Part shown: piece after piece, positions 24,800 through 37,152 of the stretch
Position numbering within the stretch: the stretch's first letter is position 1
Layout of the letters: every line of letters starts with the position of its first letter
NCBI RefSeq assembly: GCF_001194135.2
Contig: NC_068998.1
Span: 19,175,296 to 19,239,295 of the forward strand
Direction: 5' to 3'
Source of the DNA: Octopus bimaculoides
Lineage: Eukaryota
Length of the DNA stretch: 64,000 bases
Position numbers and translations under genes: made by a program
Notes under the pieces: model-generated
What the model was told of the DNA's origin: nothing
What the model saw: the letters and a program-made list of their open reading frames with translations, nothing else
The model's database searches: none

Positions 24800-25560
24800 A
24801 AAGTTTTAACATAACTAATCTCAATAAGAGCAAGGAAGAGAGTCCTGCTGGTATACATAGAACCTATCCTTATATATGGCTGTGTGACCTGGAACATTAA
24901 GATACAAATACTAAAGCAGAGATGTAGCCCCTTAAACAAATGTTGATTATATAAAATAAACAGACATTGAAATTCTTGGATAAACAGAAATGTTGTTGGC
25001 ACTCCGTCGCTTACGACGTCGAGGGTTCCAGTCGATCCGATCAACGGAACAGCCTGCTCATGAAATTAACGTGCAAGTGGCTGAGCACTCCACAGACACG
25101 TGTACCCTTAACGTAGTTCTCGGGGATATTCAGCGTGACACAGTGTGACAAGGCTGGCCCTTTGAATTACAGGTGCAACAGAAACAGGAAGAAAGAGTGA
25201 GAGAAAGTTGCGGTGGAAGAGTACTGCAGGGTTCGCCACCATCCCCTGCCGGAGCCCCGTGGAGCTTTAGGTGTTTTCGCTCAATAAACACTCACAACGC
25301 CCGGTCTGGGAATCAAAACCGCGATCCTATGACTGCGAGTCTGCTGCCCTAACCACTGGGCCATTGCGCCTCCACAAACAGAAATGTAGAAGCTACTAAT
25401 AAACTTTTTAACAACATAAAGATACAACAAGTTAAGTTCATTGGACATCATATGGGAAGATACAGCCTTGGATACTTAGTGACAGTTGAAAAACTGAAAG
25501 GAGCAGTCGGGGAAGTAGAGAAAATACCTGATGACTGACTTTGGAAAGACTGATCCAATA
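24800..25560 (+). mobile_element. Decayed RTE LINE C-terminal fragment interrupted by a young SINE
   Basis: YIEPILIYGCVTWNI before the insertion and VKFIGHHMGR after it. Confidence 0.6.
24994..25375 (-). mobile_element. Young full-length family D SINE with 12-bp TSD
   Basis: Near-identical to the reverse complement of 10480-10863. TSD aaacagaaatgt at 24982-24993 and 25376-25387. Confidence 0.9.
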
Positions 25561-26908
25561 GCTTGATAAGTTATCAGTGGAACAGAAGCAGGGATGAAGG
25601 CCCATGATCACCCACATGACACATAAAGTATCTTGATACTTTGTTACTGCATGGCTGAGCCAACTGCAGAATTAACAGTTGTCCCCATCCCTCATAAGGC
25701 TGTGTACCCATTGCTAAGATACATGTCTATGGTTTCCACCCCATTTAACCATAATACATTCACAATAAGTTGTGAATTAACTCTAATACAACAATTTATA
25801 TTTTCATTTTCTCAAATATATATTTCTCCTACATCTATGAAAGTTTAAAATTTTTTTTCAATTAAAATAACCTACTCCTGATAAGTTACTTCATTTTGAT
25901 ATTCGCCACTTTATTTCTTCGTCAGTAAACTTAGTTTTCACAAATGTGAGGGCATGCTTGCAACAAATAATATAATGTAAGAATGTTCATAGAGGTAAAA
26001 TAATACTCTCTATTAGAGTGTGCATATGGTTATGCATGCATACTGATGTATTTAAAATCAATGATATCATCAGTTGATGACCAGTCATTCTGAAAATCAC
26101 ATTTGCAAGGAACTTGCAGTAATGATGTTGTGAAATAATTAAACTTCAAATACATTAATGTCTGTATTGTTTAAATTCTTTAAGTTTATTTTAGCCATCA
26201 TTGGCAAAGTCCATGCTGTATAATGCCTTCATATGGTTATATAAGTTTCTCATGTTATATGGAATATCATTCCCGTTTCTTTCTTGTCCATTACTATAGT
26301 TACACATCAAAACAAAGTAGCAGTTAATAACACTGTAACAATATTTTTATTTAATTTTTTTTTTTTTTTTTTTTTTTTTTTTGTCTTTGGTCAATAAGTG
26401 TTATTTCCTATTTGCTTTTATCTAGAAATCAAAGGGAAAATACTACTATTCTCTTCAAACTTTGCTTTTATTGACCTGGACATCAATGTTTTGAAAGTGA
26501 TCTATTTTTCATTACATTTCAAACAGAATCAGCATTGAGTTGCTGAAGCAGAAATATCGTTATAGCAAATATTCTGCTTGATGCCACAGATTTGTTTGTC
26601 AGTTGCTTGACCATAACCACTTGAGCATGTACTTTAGTGGCTGACAATATGTGCATCTCTGATCATGAGCAGGAGTAATGGGGGAGCATTAAAGCTATGC
26701 ATTGAGAGGGATTCTTTGTCGTATGAATAAATGTAACAAAAGCAAAGTTTGAAGGAAATATTAGCGATTTTTCATACTTTCTAGGGATAAGCAAATGGGA
26801 AACAAGTTACTGCCCAAAGACAAAAGTTGTGTTACACAGTGTAATCATAATATATACAAATGAGTTTTTATTTGATTCGTTTCTCTTTCTTTTGCCACTT
26901 TTATTCAG

Positions 26909-27043
26909 CTCGTTTAAACCACTGTTTGGATAAGATTCACGAGGTGCTTGGGGACATTCATCAAGATGATATACTTGTGGAGTGCATTAAAAGACATAAA
27001 TATGACACGGAAGCTGCTTTAAATGAATTACTTGCCACACCAG
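26909..27043 (+). CDS. HBS1L: HBS1L coding exon 4, HBS1 N-terminal helical domain (ARLNHCLDKIHEVLGDIHQDDILVECIKRHKYDTEAALNELLATP)
   Basis: Acceptor ttttattcag|, donor G|gtaatg, 135 nt, phase 1/1. Strong similarity to HBS1 ARLYSCLDHMREVLGD...KFDVQKAL. Lies within ORF 26860..27120. Confidence 0.95.
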
Positions 27044-27104
27044 GTAATGAGATATGTATATGGGTGTGCATAACATGTTTATATGTTTTAGTTTTTGTGT
27101 CTGA

Positions 27105-27477
27105 AACAAGTAAACGATAAATGATACACACAGTCATTGAACTGCAGCCATGCTGGGGCACAACCTTGAAGGGTTCAGCTGAACAAATTAATCCCAGTAC
27201 TTGTTTTTTAAGTCTGGTACTTATTCTGTCGGTCTCTTTTGTCATACCATGAAGTTACAAGGGCTTAAATGAACCCAACACCAGTTGTCAAATGATAGGA
27301 AGACGGGGATACACACACACACACACAACCGGCTACTATACAGTTTTCATCTAGCAGACTCACTTGTAAGGTATCAATTTTCCTGGGGCTATATTAAAAG
27401 ATTCAGTGAAGGCACTGCACAGTTGGAGTGAAGCCAATACTGTAGTTGCAAAGCAAGCTCTTTAACCACACAGCCAG
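27105..27477 (-). mobile_element. Family A SINE copy (diverged), just downstream of exon 4
   Basis: cagtcattgaactgcagccatgctgg...ctctttaaccacacagcc. Confidence 0.7.
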
Positions 27478-28545
27478 AAAGAGCACTTATATGAGTTTCT
27501 ACTAGATACAGGTATTTAATCTTCCTCAAAATCCAAACCAGACACATAAGATAATGTAGTTTGGGTTACACTAGGCCTGAAAAAAGACAAAGAAGGGTCA
27601 TGACTGGAATGCCTTTGATGACAGGTCTGCTCTATCAAAGTTAACCTGGGGCTAAACACAACAGATGTTATTTTGAAGAATATTTTTAGTCAATTAGGAT
27701 ATGAGTTACTGGGAGAGTGTGCGGATCACCACTATACATGTTATAGCATCTGTATTCTATGCTGGCTTAGGTTGGATAATTTAACAGGATCCAACAAGTT
27801 AAGAGTCTGCTTCAAACTCTAATGTCTGCTTTGACAAGATTTTTATGGCTGGATGCCCTTCTTAACACCAACCACTTTACAGAGTGTACTAGATGCTTTG
27901 TTTTTTTCATGTCACCAATTCTAGTAGCCATGAAGTTGCTTGTAAGACAAGACCCTTTGATTGAGTTGGGGATGGAAGCAACTAATATTAAGGGGGGGGG
28001 GCGTTGCCAGATGTTTGAGAGGCATGAGTATGATAGAAGGACAAGAACAGGTGTCTTGCTGTAGAGGAAATATATGGATACCCAAACTGGAAAAGGAGAG
28101 ATGATAATGATGATGAGATGTCAAGACATGCCATCAAAGTACAAGAGGATGAATGTGAGAGCATGTCTTAGCCATTGTACTGTTATTTCAGAAACGTCTC
28201 ACTCTTTTTTTCTTATTATTCACATGAGAAAAATTAAGCAGTACAGTTCACTGTAGAATTTCCCCAATGTATCTTTTAGTATAGCTACTTTGATAAACAG
28301 TTTCAGATATCTAATCTTTCAGACCTATCCATCACACTACATGCTGAAGTGTATGTAATACTTTTTTTTAAATGTATTTTATTCATGTATGTTATTTAAG
28401 ACTGCAGTATGTCATATATGTATCTGTGTGTGTGTGTGAGTGAGAGAGACCTAATTGAGCAAACCTATGATCAATGGCATGCTAACTGTCCATACTTTTA
28501 TTTTATTCAGACTAGAACTACAATATTCAATGTGTCCCTACCATT

Positions 28546-28584
<39 letters not shown>

Positions 28585-28734
28585 TTCAAATAAGGATCTA
28601 ATTTGAGGAATATTTGGCTGTTAGTTCTAGTAAGTCAAGCAACCACATAGTGACTCTGTTGTTGGCTTGTGTGTGTATGTATGTGCACATGCATGCACAC
28701 GCACACATACACACATATAATTCTTTTTTGGAAT

Positions 28735-28905
28735 GGTGGATCTCTGAGTGGTTGGCGTTAGGAAGGGCATCCAGCTGTAAAAACTCTGCCAAATCAGATT
28801 TGAGCCTGGTGTAGCCATCTGGTTTCACCAGTCCTCAGTCAAATCGTCCAACCCATGCTAGCATGGAAAGCGGACGTTAAACGATGATGATGATGATGAT
28901 GATAA
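28735..28905 (+). mobile_element. Family B repeat, 3' part with (GAT)n tail
   Basis: ggttggcgttaggaagggcatccagctg...ggaaagcggacgttaaacgatgatgatgat. Confidence 0.75.
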
Positions 28906-29394
28906 ATTTATAAATAGTGTGTAATAACAATGTGTAAATATTGGGTTAAAAAAATCTTTTGGACAGAAAAAGTCGAAGGACATGTATATGTAGTTGATAA
29001 TAATTTCTCTAAAATTCAAAAATTTGAAAACCTCCAAAATCCCAAATATTTTCCAAGTGAGAGAAATGTTGAATAGAAAATTTCAGAAAGTTCCTTGGAA
29101 ATGCACAGCTGTTGTGAGCTAAACCATCATAGATTTGTTTTGGTAGAACACAAAACTTCTCAAAGTGAAACTGAACTAGCATTAAATTTATATAAACTGT
29201 CTTCATAACATATGTAAAAGCTTTTATTATGTAATGTGAATGAAGAACATATTTAGTCTTTGGTTCCATCCCCATCCTATCCTACCTTAAAGATGAAAAA
29301 TATACAGTCTTGCTGAAATCTGAAATATTTTCAGTCCCAAGTATTTTGGGTGAAGAGTTATCAGATATATCATTACTATCGTTGAATTCCTTTT

Positions 29395-30160
29395 ATTCTT
29401 TTAACTTCTTACAGTAATTTGACTGTGGCCATGCTGGAGCACCACCTTGAAGGGTTGTAGTCAGTCAAACAAATTGACCACAGGGCATTTTTTTTTAAAG
29501 CCTTGTACTTATTCTATTGTTTTTTTTTTGCTGAACTGCTAAGTTACGGGGGCATAAACACACCAACTCCGGTTGTCAAGAGGTGATGAGGGGACAAACA
29601 CTGTCACAAAGTCACACACACGTATATATATACACGACAGCTTCTTCTACCAAATCCACTCACAAGGCTTTTGTTGACCCAAAGCTATAGTAGAAGATAT
29701 TTGCCCAAGGTCCCACGCAGTGGGACTGAACCTGAAACCATGTGGTTAGGAAGCAAGCTTCTTACTTCACAGACACTTTTCCATGCTTGCATGTGTCAGA
29801 CTGAATTTGTTCAGGGAAATTTTCTCCTGCTAGCCATCCTTCTTGTTGCCAGCCCCACATGTTTCCAAGCAAGGTGATATTTCCCCATGGCCAGACATGT
29901 TTTTCACAGAAGACTAGAAACAAACAATGTTCCATGTATGATAGCGACACTCATTTACAGCCATCACATGTTGTCAAGAAAAGGGTATACACACACATGC
30001 AATGGGCTTCTTTCAGTGTCCATCTACCAAGTCCACTCACAAGGCTTTAGTCAGTTGAGGCTATAGTAGAAGACATTTTCCCAAGGTGCTGCACAGTGGG
30101 ACCAAACTTGAGACCACATAGTTGAGAAACAAGCTTCTCAACCACACAGCCATGCCAGCA
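29395..30160 (-). mobile_element. Cluster of family A SINE copies and other repeat fragments upstream of exon 5
   Basis: Two tRNA-like heads (29640-29775, 30000-30160) and one tail module. Confidence 0.65.
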
Positions 30161-30257
30161 CCTTATATATATGTATATAAGGGAAAATTAGACATGTTAT
30201 AAATTCTTTATTTTCATCCATTATTGTTACTGTTACGATCGTTTGATATTATTTCAG

Positions 30258-30305
30258 GTGCACCAAAACCACAGAGACAACCTAGAGAGGGACGTAAATC
30301 ACAAG
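30258..30305 (+). CDS. HBS1L: HBS1L probable coding exon 5 (GAPKPQRQPREGRKSQ)
   Basis: Acceptor attatttcag|, donor AAG|gtgaat, 48 nt, phase 1/1, open. The sequence reads as protein-like within AT-rich intron. Confidence 0.75.
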
Positions 30306-33300
30306 GTGAATATCTTTTTCAGCTCTTCTTTCAATTAATCTTGTCTTTAGTCTTCATGTTAAATAGAGGATATCTACTTTACATCGAGAATTGGTATTTT
30401 GCTAATAATGTAAATTATCTTGCATATCTTTAAGTATTTCAGTCTAAGTTAGAATTTACCTTAGATTTCTTGTTATCATTAGTTGAACTGATAAACTAAG
30501 CTGGTCATTTTTAGTCCCTCCTTGGATTTCAGTCTCTGTTAAAATGATATAAGTATTGCTAAGAAAATCTGATGTTGCATTTGGTTTTTCAAAATTTAAT
30601 ACTCATCTTTCTATAGACTTCTAAGTGATTGATTACAATAGCATAAAGGAAATTTTTTTCTTAGAAAGAAAACTACTGCTGTTAGCTTTACTTTTTTAAT
30701 CTCTAAAGAATATTTAGTAGAAGATAAATGCTTATGGATATAGTTGGCCAGTCAGCTACACTGTAGATGTTTTATTTTACTGACTATGAGGGAGTAGGGA
30801 AGTGTTGTCACCTTGAGGCTGTAGCTTTGATTACACTGTTGCTTCAGTTTTATCTCATCCTTTTATATAATCTGATAAAGCTCCTTCATTGTTGTCTGAG
30901 AATCAATGTGCCAGCATTGAGACACATGGTAACTGTAAAGGAAGTGTCTATAGTATTTTCAGGGAAGAATACAGCATAATGGGGTTCCTGTTGCCGTTCT
31001 TCTAGTTCATAGTATTTGACTCAGTATCAATACTGCAAATAACGAAATAGTCATCCATTACTCTCAAGAAACTGGCTTTTCTATCCTCTAGATAGAAAAT
31101 CCAGTTGTTTTACATCTGCAGCAAATGTACATTAATTAAGAATGATAGTATCTTCGCACATTAGCTAAAGTTTGATAAGGACACATATTGTCATGATGTT
31201 GATTATGTAAATGAATTGTTTACTTACATTACACCTTGCTTTAATGCTCACTGTATCTCCTGTTGATATGGGTTAGTCAGTTCTGCAAATTCCAAGATTT
31301 ATGTATGATTATGTTGTTACATATTTCTCAGTCTAGAATGATGGAGTTTTTTTTTTTTCACTCTTTTCCCATTAAAAAAAGCAATTACATTAATTGGTAC
31401 ATTTTTACTAATTTATATCAAATTATATATTTTTTTTTTATCAAATTTAACAAAAGTCATTTTTTTTTTTGTCCAAGACACACATACAGTAGCATACAAT
31501 CTTGTGGTAGTTGTTCAAACTAAATAGTAATAGTGTTTTGTTTTTTAATTAGTGAATTCAATATCATCATTCTCATCATCATTATTTCAATGTCTGCTCT
31601 GAATAAATTTTAATGTTATTTAATGAATAAAATTGTCTTACTTTAAATTTCAAATCTTTAAGATAAAAATTAAACCTAGCAACCTTATACAGCATACCCT
31701 GTAGATGAAAGGCTCAAGTTGGTAGAATACATTGAATTCAACAGTCAGTTACAATTTTGGATCTTTGAATTATATATTTCGTCACCCCTTGCTTACAAAC
31801 ATATGAAGAATAGAGTGAAATTTGATGATGTATGTTTTCACAAAAAGTTTTAGAAATAACAATAGCATGTGGGTGAGAACTTATTCAATCTAGAAATTAT
31901 ACATTGAGACAGGAGCAGCCAGATACCAGACTGTTCACTGTACCCAACATCATGGTTAGAGGTTTGTCTATTGTTAACTTATATTTTTTTATTCTATTTA
32001 AATGAATGCTGCTGGATTAACCTTGTTGTTAATATGGGTAGATAGTTAAACTTAAAAAAAATTAATAAAAAATTCCTGAATTCGTTTTTTTTTTTAAATA
32101 AGTGTCATGACCAAAAGGATCAATTAGTAATTGTTAATAATAATTGTGAATCAACATAATCCAATTTTTAATACGTCTTTCCTTATTCACTTACATAAAT
32201 AGTTTAAGCAATTCCTCAGCCTCTGTGAAGTTCTTCTCATGATTTTGTTTCACAGGTGAATCTGTTGAGCTTTCTTCCTTTAGATATCTTGGGATTATTT
32301 TTGATCAGAAATACTTCAGGTTGTGTTTAACTAAATAGCACCACCTGATTAGCTACACAAAAAATAAAAAATACTTTCCTCTCTCCCTTGCCTGTGTGTG
32401 TAGTTTACATAAAGTTTCTTGTTGACAGTTTGAATATAATTAAGGAAAATGTCTGTCGTTGTTTATGCTTTATAATTACCCTTTTTATTAATTCTTATGG
32501 AAAAGATTATATTGTTTAAGGATCATTACATGCATATTATAACTAGTTGTAGATATATTTAAAAATTAACTATTTAGTTTCATTCAATTTGGAGAATGTC
32601 ATTGCTTGTTGATTTGGTGAAGCCCAACCCAACTATATGAAAAGTCTGCATTTTCCATTAGATAAAACATGAGAAAGAAGAGTCAATTCAGTTGATATTT
32701 AGCTGTAGGTGGCATGAAGTGGGTTGCAGTTTTAGATATGTTCTACATATTTGGTCATAATTTTAAAAAAACCCATCAGAGATTATAATGGTTAACATTT
32801 ATAGAGAATGGATTAGTTTTTAGATGTTTGTTCGTGGATGTGGGTGGGTGGTAATATGTGTAGTGTATGTGTCTTGGTACTTTTAAATGAGGTTAGGATA
32901 TTTCAAGAACCTTTTTGGATGTAATAGATCTACAAGTTGTTATATGAGTGATGCCAGTGTGAATGGTTAAGTAGGTATGGACGGTGATATTGTGTGTGTG
33001 ATTAGCTGTAACAGTGAGCATGTAATTTGTGAGAAAGAAGGGTGGATTAGATATAGATATAATTGGATCCTAAGGCACAACTGAGATGGTAGAATTCAGA
33101 AAGAACTCCATTTACACTATTTGACAGAGTTGTCTATTTAGAATTCTTAAATTTTATGTGAGATAAGTGCAGTAAATAGGCAACTTTACCAGGGCGTTCT
33201 CATGTCTCGTGGTTTAAGGTTCTACTGATGTGTTGAGGCTTACATGTAAGAATAAGAGCAATAGACAACTGATGTGTGACATTAGAGAGCATATTGGAGG

Positions 33301-35000
33301 TATTCTAAGAAAAACTTATGTGGGATTGCTGAAGTTGATAATGAGAAGGCTGCTTGTAACTGTTTCTACTGTTGTTAAAATATTGAAAAAGAGAGTCATA
33401 TTTAGTTACAGAGCTTTCTCATTTTTGGTCTGGAAAATACTGTTGTATGTTTCCATTATTTGCTACTTATGCTGATGTAGAGAAAAGCTGTTTGATGAAT
33501 ATAAAGGTCAGATTGAGAGTGATAGTATCACAGAATCAAGACGGGCTCATTGTTGCATGGATATGATTACAGAAGTTTCTGCATTTGACGTCTTTTTGCA
33601 CATGGTAGAGTGTGTGGAATAGAGGCAAATATTGTGGGTTTGTCTGCACGGGTACACATCCATTTGGATTGAATTGTGGCAAACAAAAGGATTTATGAAG
33701 TTGATTGAGATCTTATAGGCAAGTGACCAGTAAGTCCATTTGCAATTCAACAAAGAAGACAGTGTGCAAGCTGCATCTTTTTGTATATCTGGCACTACAT
33801 TGTCCAATGTTTCCTTCCTGTTTTAAGATAGTAGGGTGTAATGTGAGGGAGATTAGGTTGTTATTTCTAATAGGTTAAATGACAATGCAGAGGTTCATGT
33901 TTAGGGTGAATTCTAAAAATGGGTAGACATTTCCAAAGTGGTGACTGAGTGATTTCCTCCAGGTATTCTAGGCTGGGTTTTTTTTTTGCTGCATGTGACC
34001 CTATTTGAGATTCTTAAGACTACAATTATTTGGACTTTCTTACATACACCGGATTATATCCTGTGTTTAGAAATATATAGTATTATCATTAGGAACTAGA
34101 GCTGCATTGTGTTCCTGGCAAAAAACACCTAACACTTAAATCAGCATTCGTAACTCTAAATGATAGCTGACTGTTGTGAGTAGTAACATTTCTATATATA
34201 TATCTGAGTTTTTCATCAGCTTGTAATGTGGTACTCACATCCTTTCATGACCTACTGAAATGAAGATGAATTATACTTGTAACCAAATTAAATTAAAAAT
34301 TGTGCCCCAGATATTTGTGGGTATGTACTATCAATTGAAATCAATTTACAGGTTAGTTTTAGTTTATTCAAATTAGTCTAAACTTCTTATTTACATGTGT
34401 AATATATATAAAAAAAAGGAGGTTTATAATGTTTTAGGTTTATAAAATTGTAAATTTTCTTTGATAGATGTGTGTAGCTTTTGTACACTTTATGTAAACA
34501 GCTCTTGGAAGTTGATACCTCTTTTTAACTATAATTTTACATGTAGCATCTTTTGTTTTTATCTTGATTTTACTATAAATTAAAATTTTGGTATTTGCAA
34601 AATTTTGTGGGTTTTTTTCTTTTGTTTTTGTTTTTTTACGAGTGAATGTTGTATTTGATAACCAGTTAATGGACTGATGCAGGTGTTGTGTGCCTTGACT
34701 AGGATTGCAGTGGTGTAAATATTTTCTATGTCACCCCTGTTGGTGTTCATGGAAATAAATACTAAATGTTTTTGGTTATTTAGTTGGAATTTTAAAATAA
34801 TAATAAACATTCTAACGAGAGCCTTTCTTTTTTTCTTTTTTTTTCTTCTTTTCTTTCATGACATCTCCCTCTTGTCTCCTACTTATACCATCTAAAATTT
34901 TTGGTAATGTGTGGAATATGCTGCCATCATCCGGTTTTCTGATTGGTTGAAACTTTTGCTCCTACTACTTCATATTAATTTTTGGCTTTTGTAAGGTAAG

Positions 35001-36775
35001 ACTTTCCTCTATGTGAATTAGATGATAGTTTTTGTAATCAAAATTACTGTACAAGTCCTACAGATTGTAATCAGTTTTCAGACAGGAATTTGCAAGCATT
35101 TGCATGTCGAAGAATGAATAGTGTAGGAGAAGAGGAATGCTCTTCGTATGAAAGTGCAATTTCAGACAACTTTGAAGTTGAGATCTTCCAGCGAAAAACC
35201 TCTGAAAGTGAAGATAGTCAGGAAGATCAGCTAGTATCATTAGATCAAAAAATGAGCAAGAATTCCATTCAAGAAGAGAATCAGGAAATGGAAGGCGATT
35301 TTGAGACACACACGGTAGGGAATTCGTCACCCTCACTTTGTCAGAAGCTTTCAACTGATAGCACCCCTGCTGCAGTAAGTAGTGTAACAAAGCCAAAATT
35401 TAAAAATGGATCTAATAAGCAGGAACTTATGAATTTGTTTGAAAAGGCAAAAAAGAATAAAGAACAAATGGAAAAAGATGCCAAATTTTCGTCAGTCAAT
35501 AAATTTGGTCATTCTTTGTCTGATGGAATTGAAAAAAATACATGGCTAGGAGATAGTGAAGACAGTTTTGATATTGGAGATAAACCAATTAGCTTGTCTT
35601 CATTGATTGAACAGGAAAGTGGTTTTAAGTCTTCACTTGCTGATCTTAATAATCAGAGACACCAGAAGACAAATAATGATAAACAATGTATAAAAGATCC
35701 ACCTAAAGATAAAGGTAGTTGTGCTGAAACCTGTCCACAAGAAACTTGTAAAAACTGTTCCAAAAATAGAAAATTTTCTCCCAAGAACACAGATAAGACA
35801 AGTTTAGCCGACTTAACAAAAACCCGTTTTAATCTCGATTCAGATGTTTCTCTGTTTGGTACTGAACTGGTGAAGAAAGACATAAAGCTTAAAACTTCAC
35901 AAAAACAAACTCAGAAACTTATTCAGTCTTCTTCAGATATTTCAAAAAGTAGTTTTGCAAAAACGTTTGATTTTTCAAGACCATCTAAAAATAAGAGTAC
36001 CTCTAAGCATCTTGATTCGCTTAAGAATACATCTGAGAAGAATCCCTTGCAAAATCCAAAGGAGATTTTCTCAAATATAAATAGTTCACCTCCTCCTCAA
36101 ACTGTTACGGGATTTTCATTGTGTGATCTCACTAATCATAAAATTTCTACTTTTCCTAAGAAAGAAAATGGCACTACTTTCCCTTCTCACCTCAATGACT
36201 CTAAATACAATCTAGAAGTTAACGAGGAAGAAGAACTCAAAGAATCATTATTCAAAGATGACGACTGTTTGGATTCTGCATTATCTCTAGGAAGTTTGAT
36301 TAGTCAAGTAAACCTTGAACTTAGCCCCAAGTCTGATTACATTGCTGAAAATAGGCTTGAAGATTTATGCAAGAGACCTAAGGAAACTAAGCCCAGTCCA
36401 GAAAGTACTCCAGTTCACAAAACTAATAATGATAATCTTAGTTGTTCCGAGAAAGAAAACAACATATATTTAACTAAAGAAGATCCTGATATGCAAATCC
36501 AGAAAACTGCATTCAAAGAGCCTGTTTCCTTATTTGGAAAAGTAATTTCCTACAGAGCACAGAAGTATTCCAGCAATTCTACTAAGAAGCTGAAATATCC
36601 AAAATTTTCATATAAGGTGCAAATGAATGGAATATCTACAGACTGGGAGTCAACTTTATTCCATCATATCACACCATTCGATTTCTCTACACCATCACCA
36701 GATGATATTGTAAAAACACGACAGAAGCAAGCTTATCACCATCGAGCGCCAATTGCAGTTGAAGCAAATAGCTGA
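35001..36775 (+). CDS. HBS1L: HBS1L alternative terminal exon encoding the Ski7-like (HBS1LV3-type) C-terminus; 5' boundary uncertain (in-frame phase-1 acceptors give starts at 35001, 35064 or 35082)
   Basis: The 561-aa ORF 35090..36775 extends upstream in frame to 35000 and stops at TGA 36773-36775. The C-terminus KEPVSLFGKVISYR...KFSYKVQ...ITPFDFSTPSPDDIVKTRQKQAY matches the PFDF..SPDDIV motif of Ski7/HBS1LV3. Phase fits exon 5; exons 1-5 plus this exon from 35001 give 2229 nt (742 aa plus stop). Confidence 0.88.
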
Positions 36776-36928
36776 TAAAAATTTTAATGGTTTCTATTCA
36801 TGTTATTTTCTGTTTGTTACTGGGAAAGTCTGTTTTAAGTTAAATCACATGCATAAAACCCTGTCATATTTGTAAATAGTTTACTTTTATATTTTTTTAT
36901 TTAACTACACCACCGTAATTTTTTAACA

Positions 36929-36934
36929 AATAAA
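36929..36934 (+). terminator. Candidate polyadenylation signal for the Ski7-like short isoform
   Basis: AATAAA ~155 nt after the stop codon. A second AATAAA occurs at 37420-37425. Confidence 0.5.
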
Positions 36935-37057
36935 AAATTCTCATGATGTTATTGCATTTAGCACTGAGAGGTTATCTGGGGGACCAAATATTTGATTTAA
37001 TCGCTATTGTATGTTTGAAATTAACCAACAATAACACACACACAATCATACTCACTT

Positions 37058-37061
<4 letters not shown>

Positions 37062-37129
<68 letters not shown>

Positions 37130-37152
37130 TCTCTCCCTCTCTCCCCCTCTCT
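37062..37152. repeat. (CT)n microsatellite downstream of the short-isoform polyA signal
   Basis: Direct inspection. Confidence 0.95.

Noticed and set aside
35090-35092. TTG start given by the ORF track for the 561-aa ORF
   Set aside because: It is not a start codon in this context; the ORF is a spliced terminal exon that is open back to 35000.
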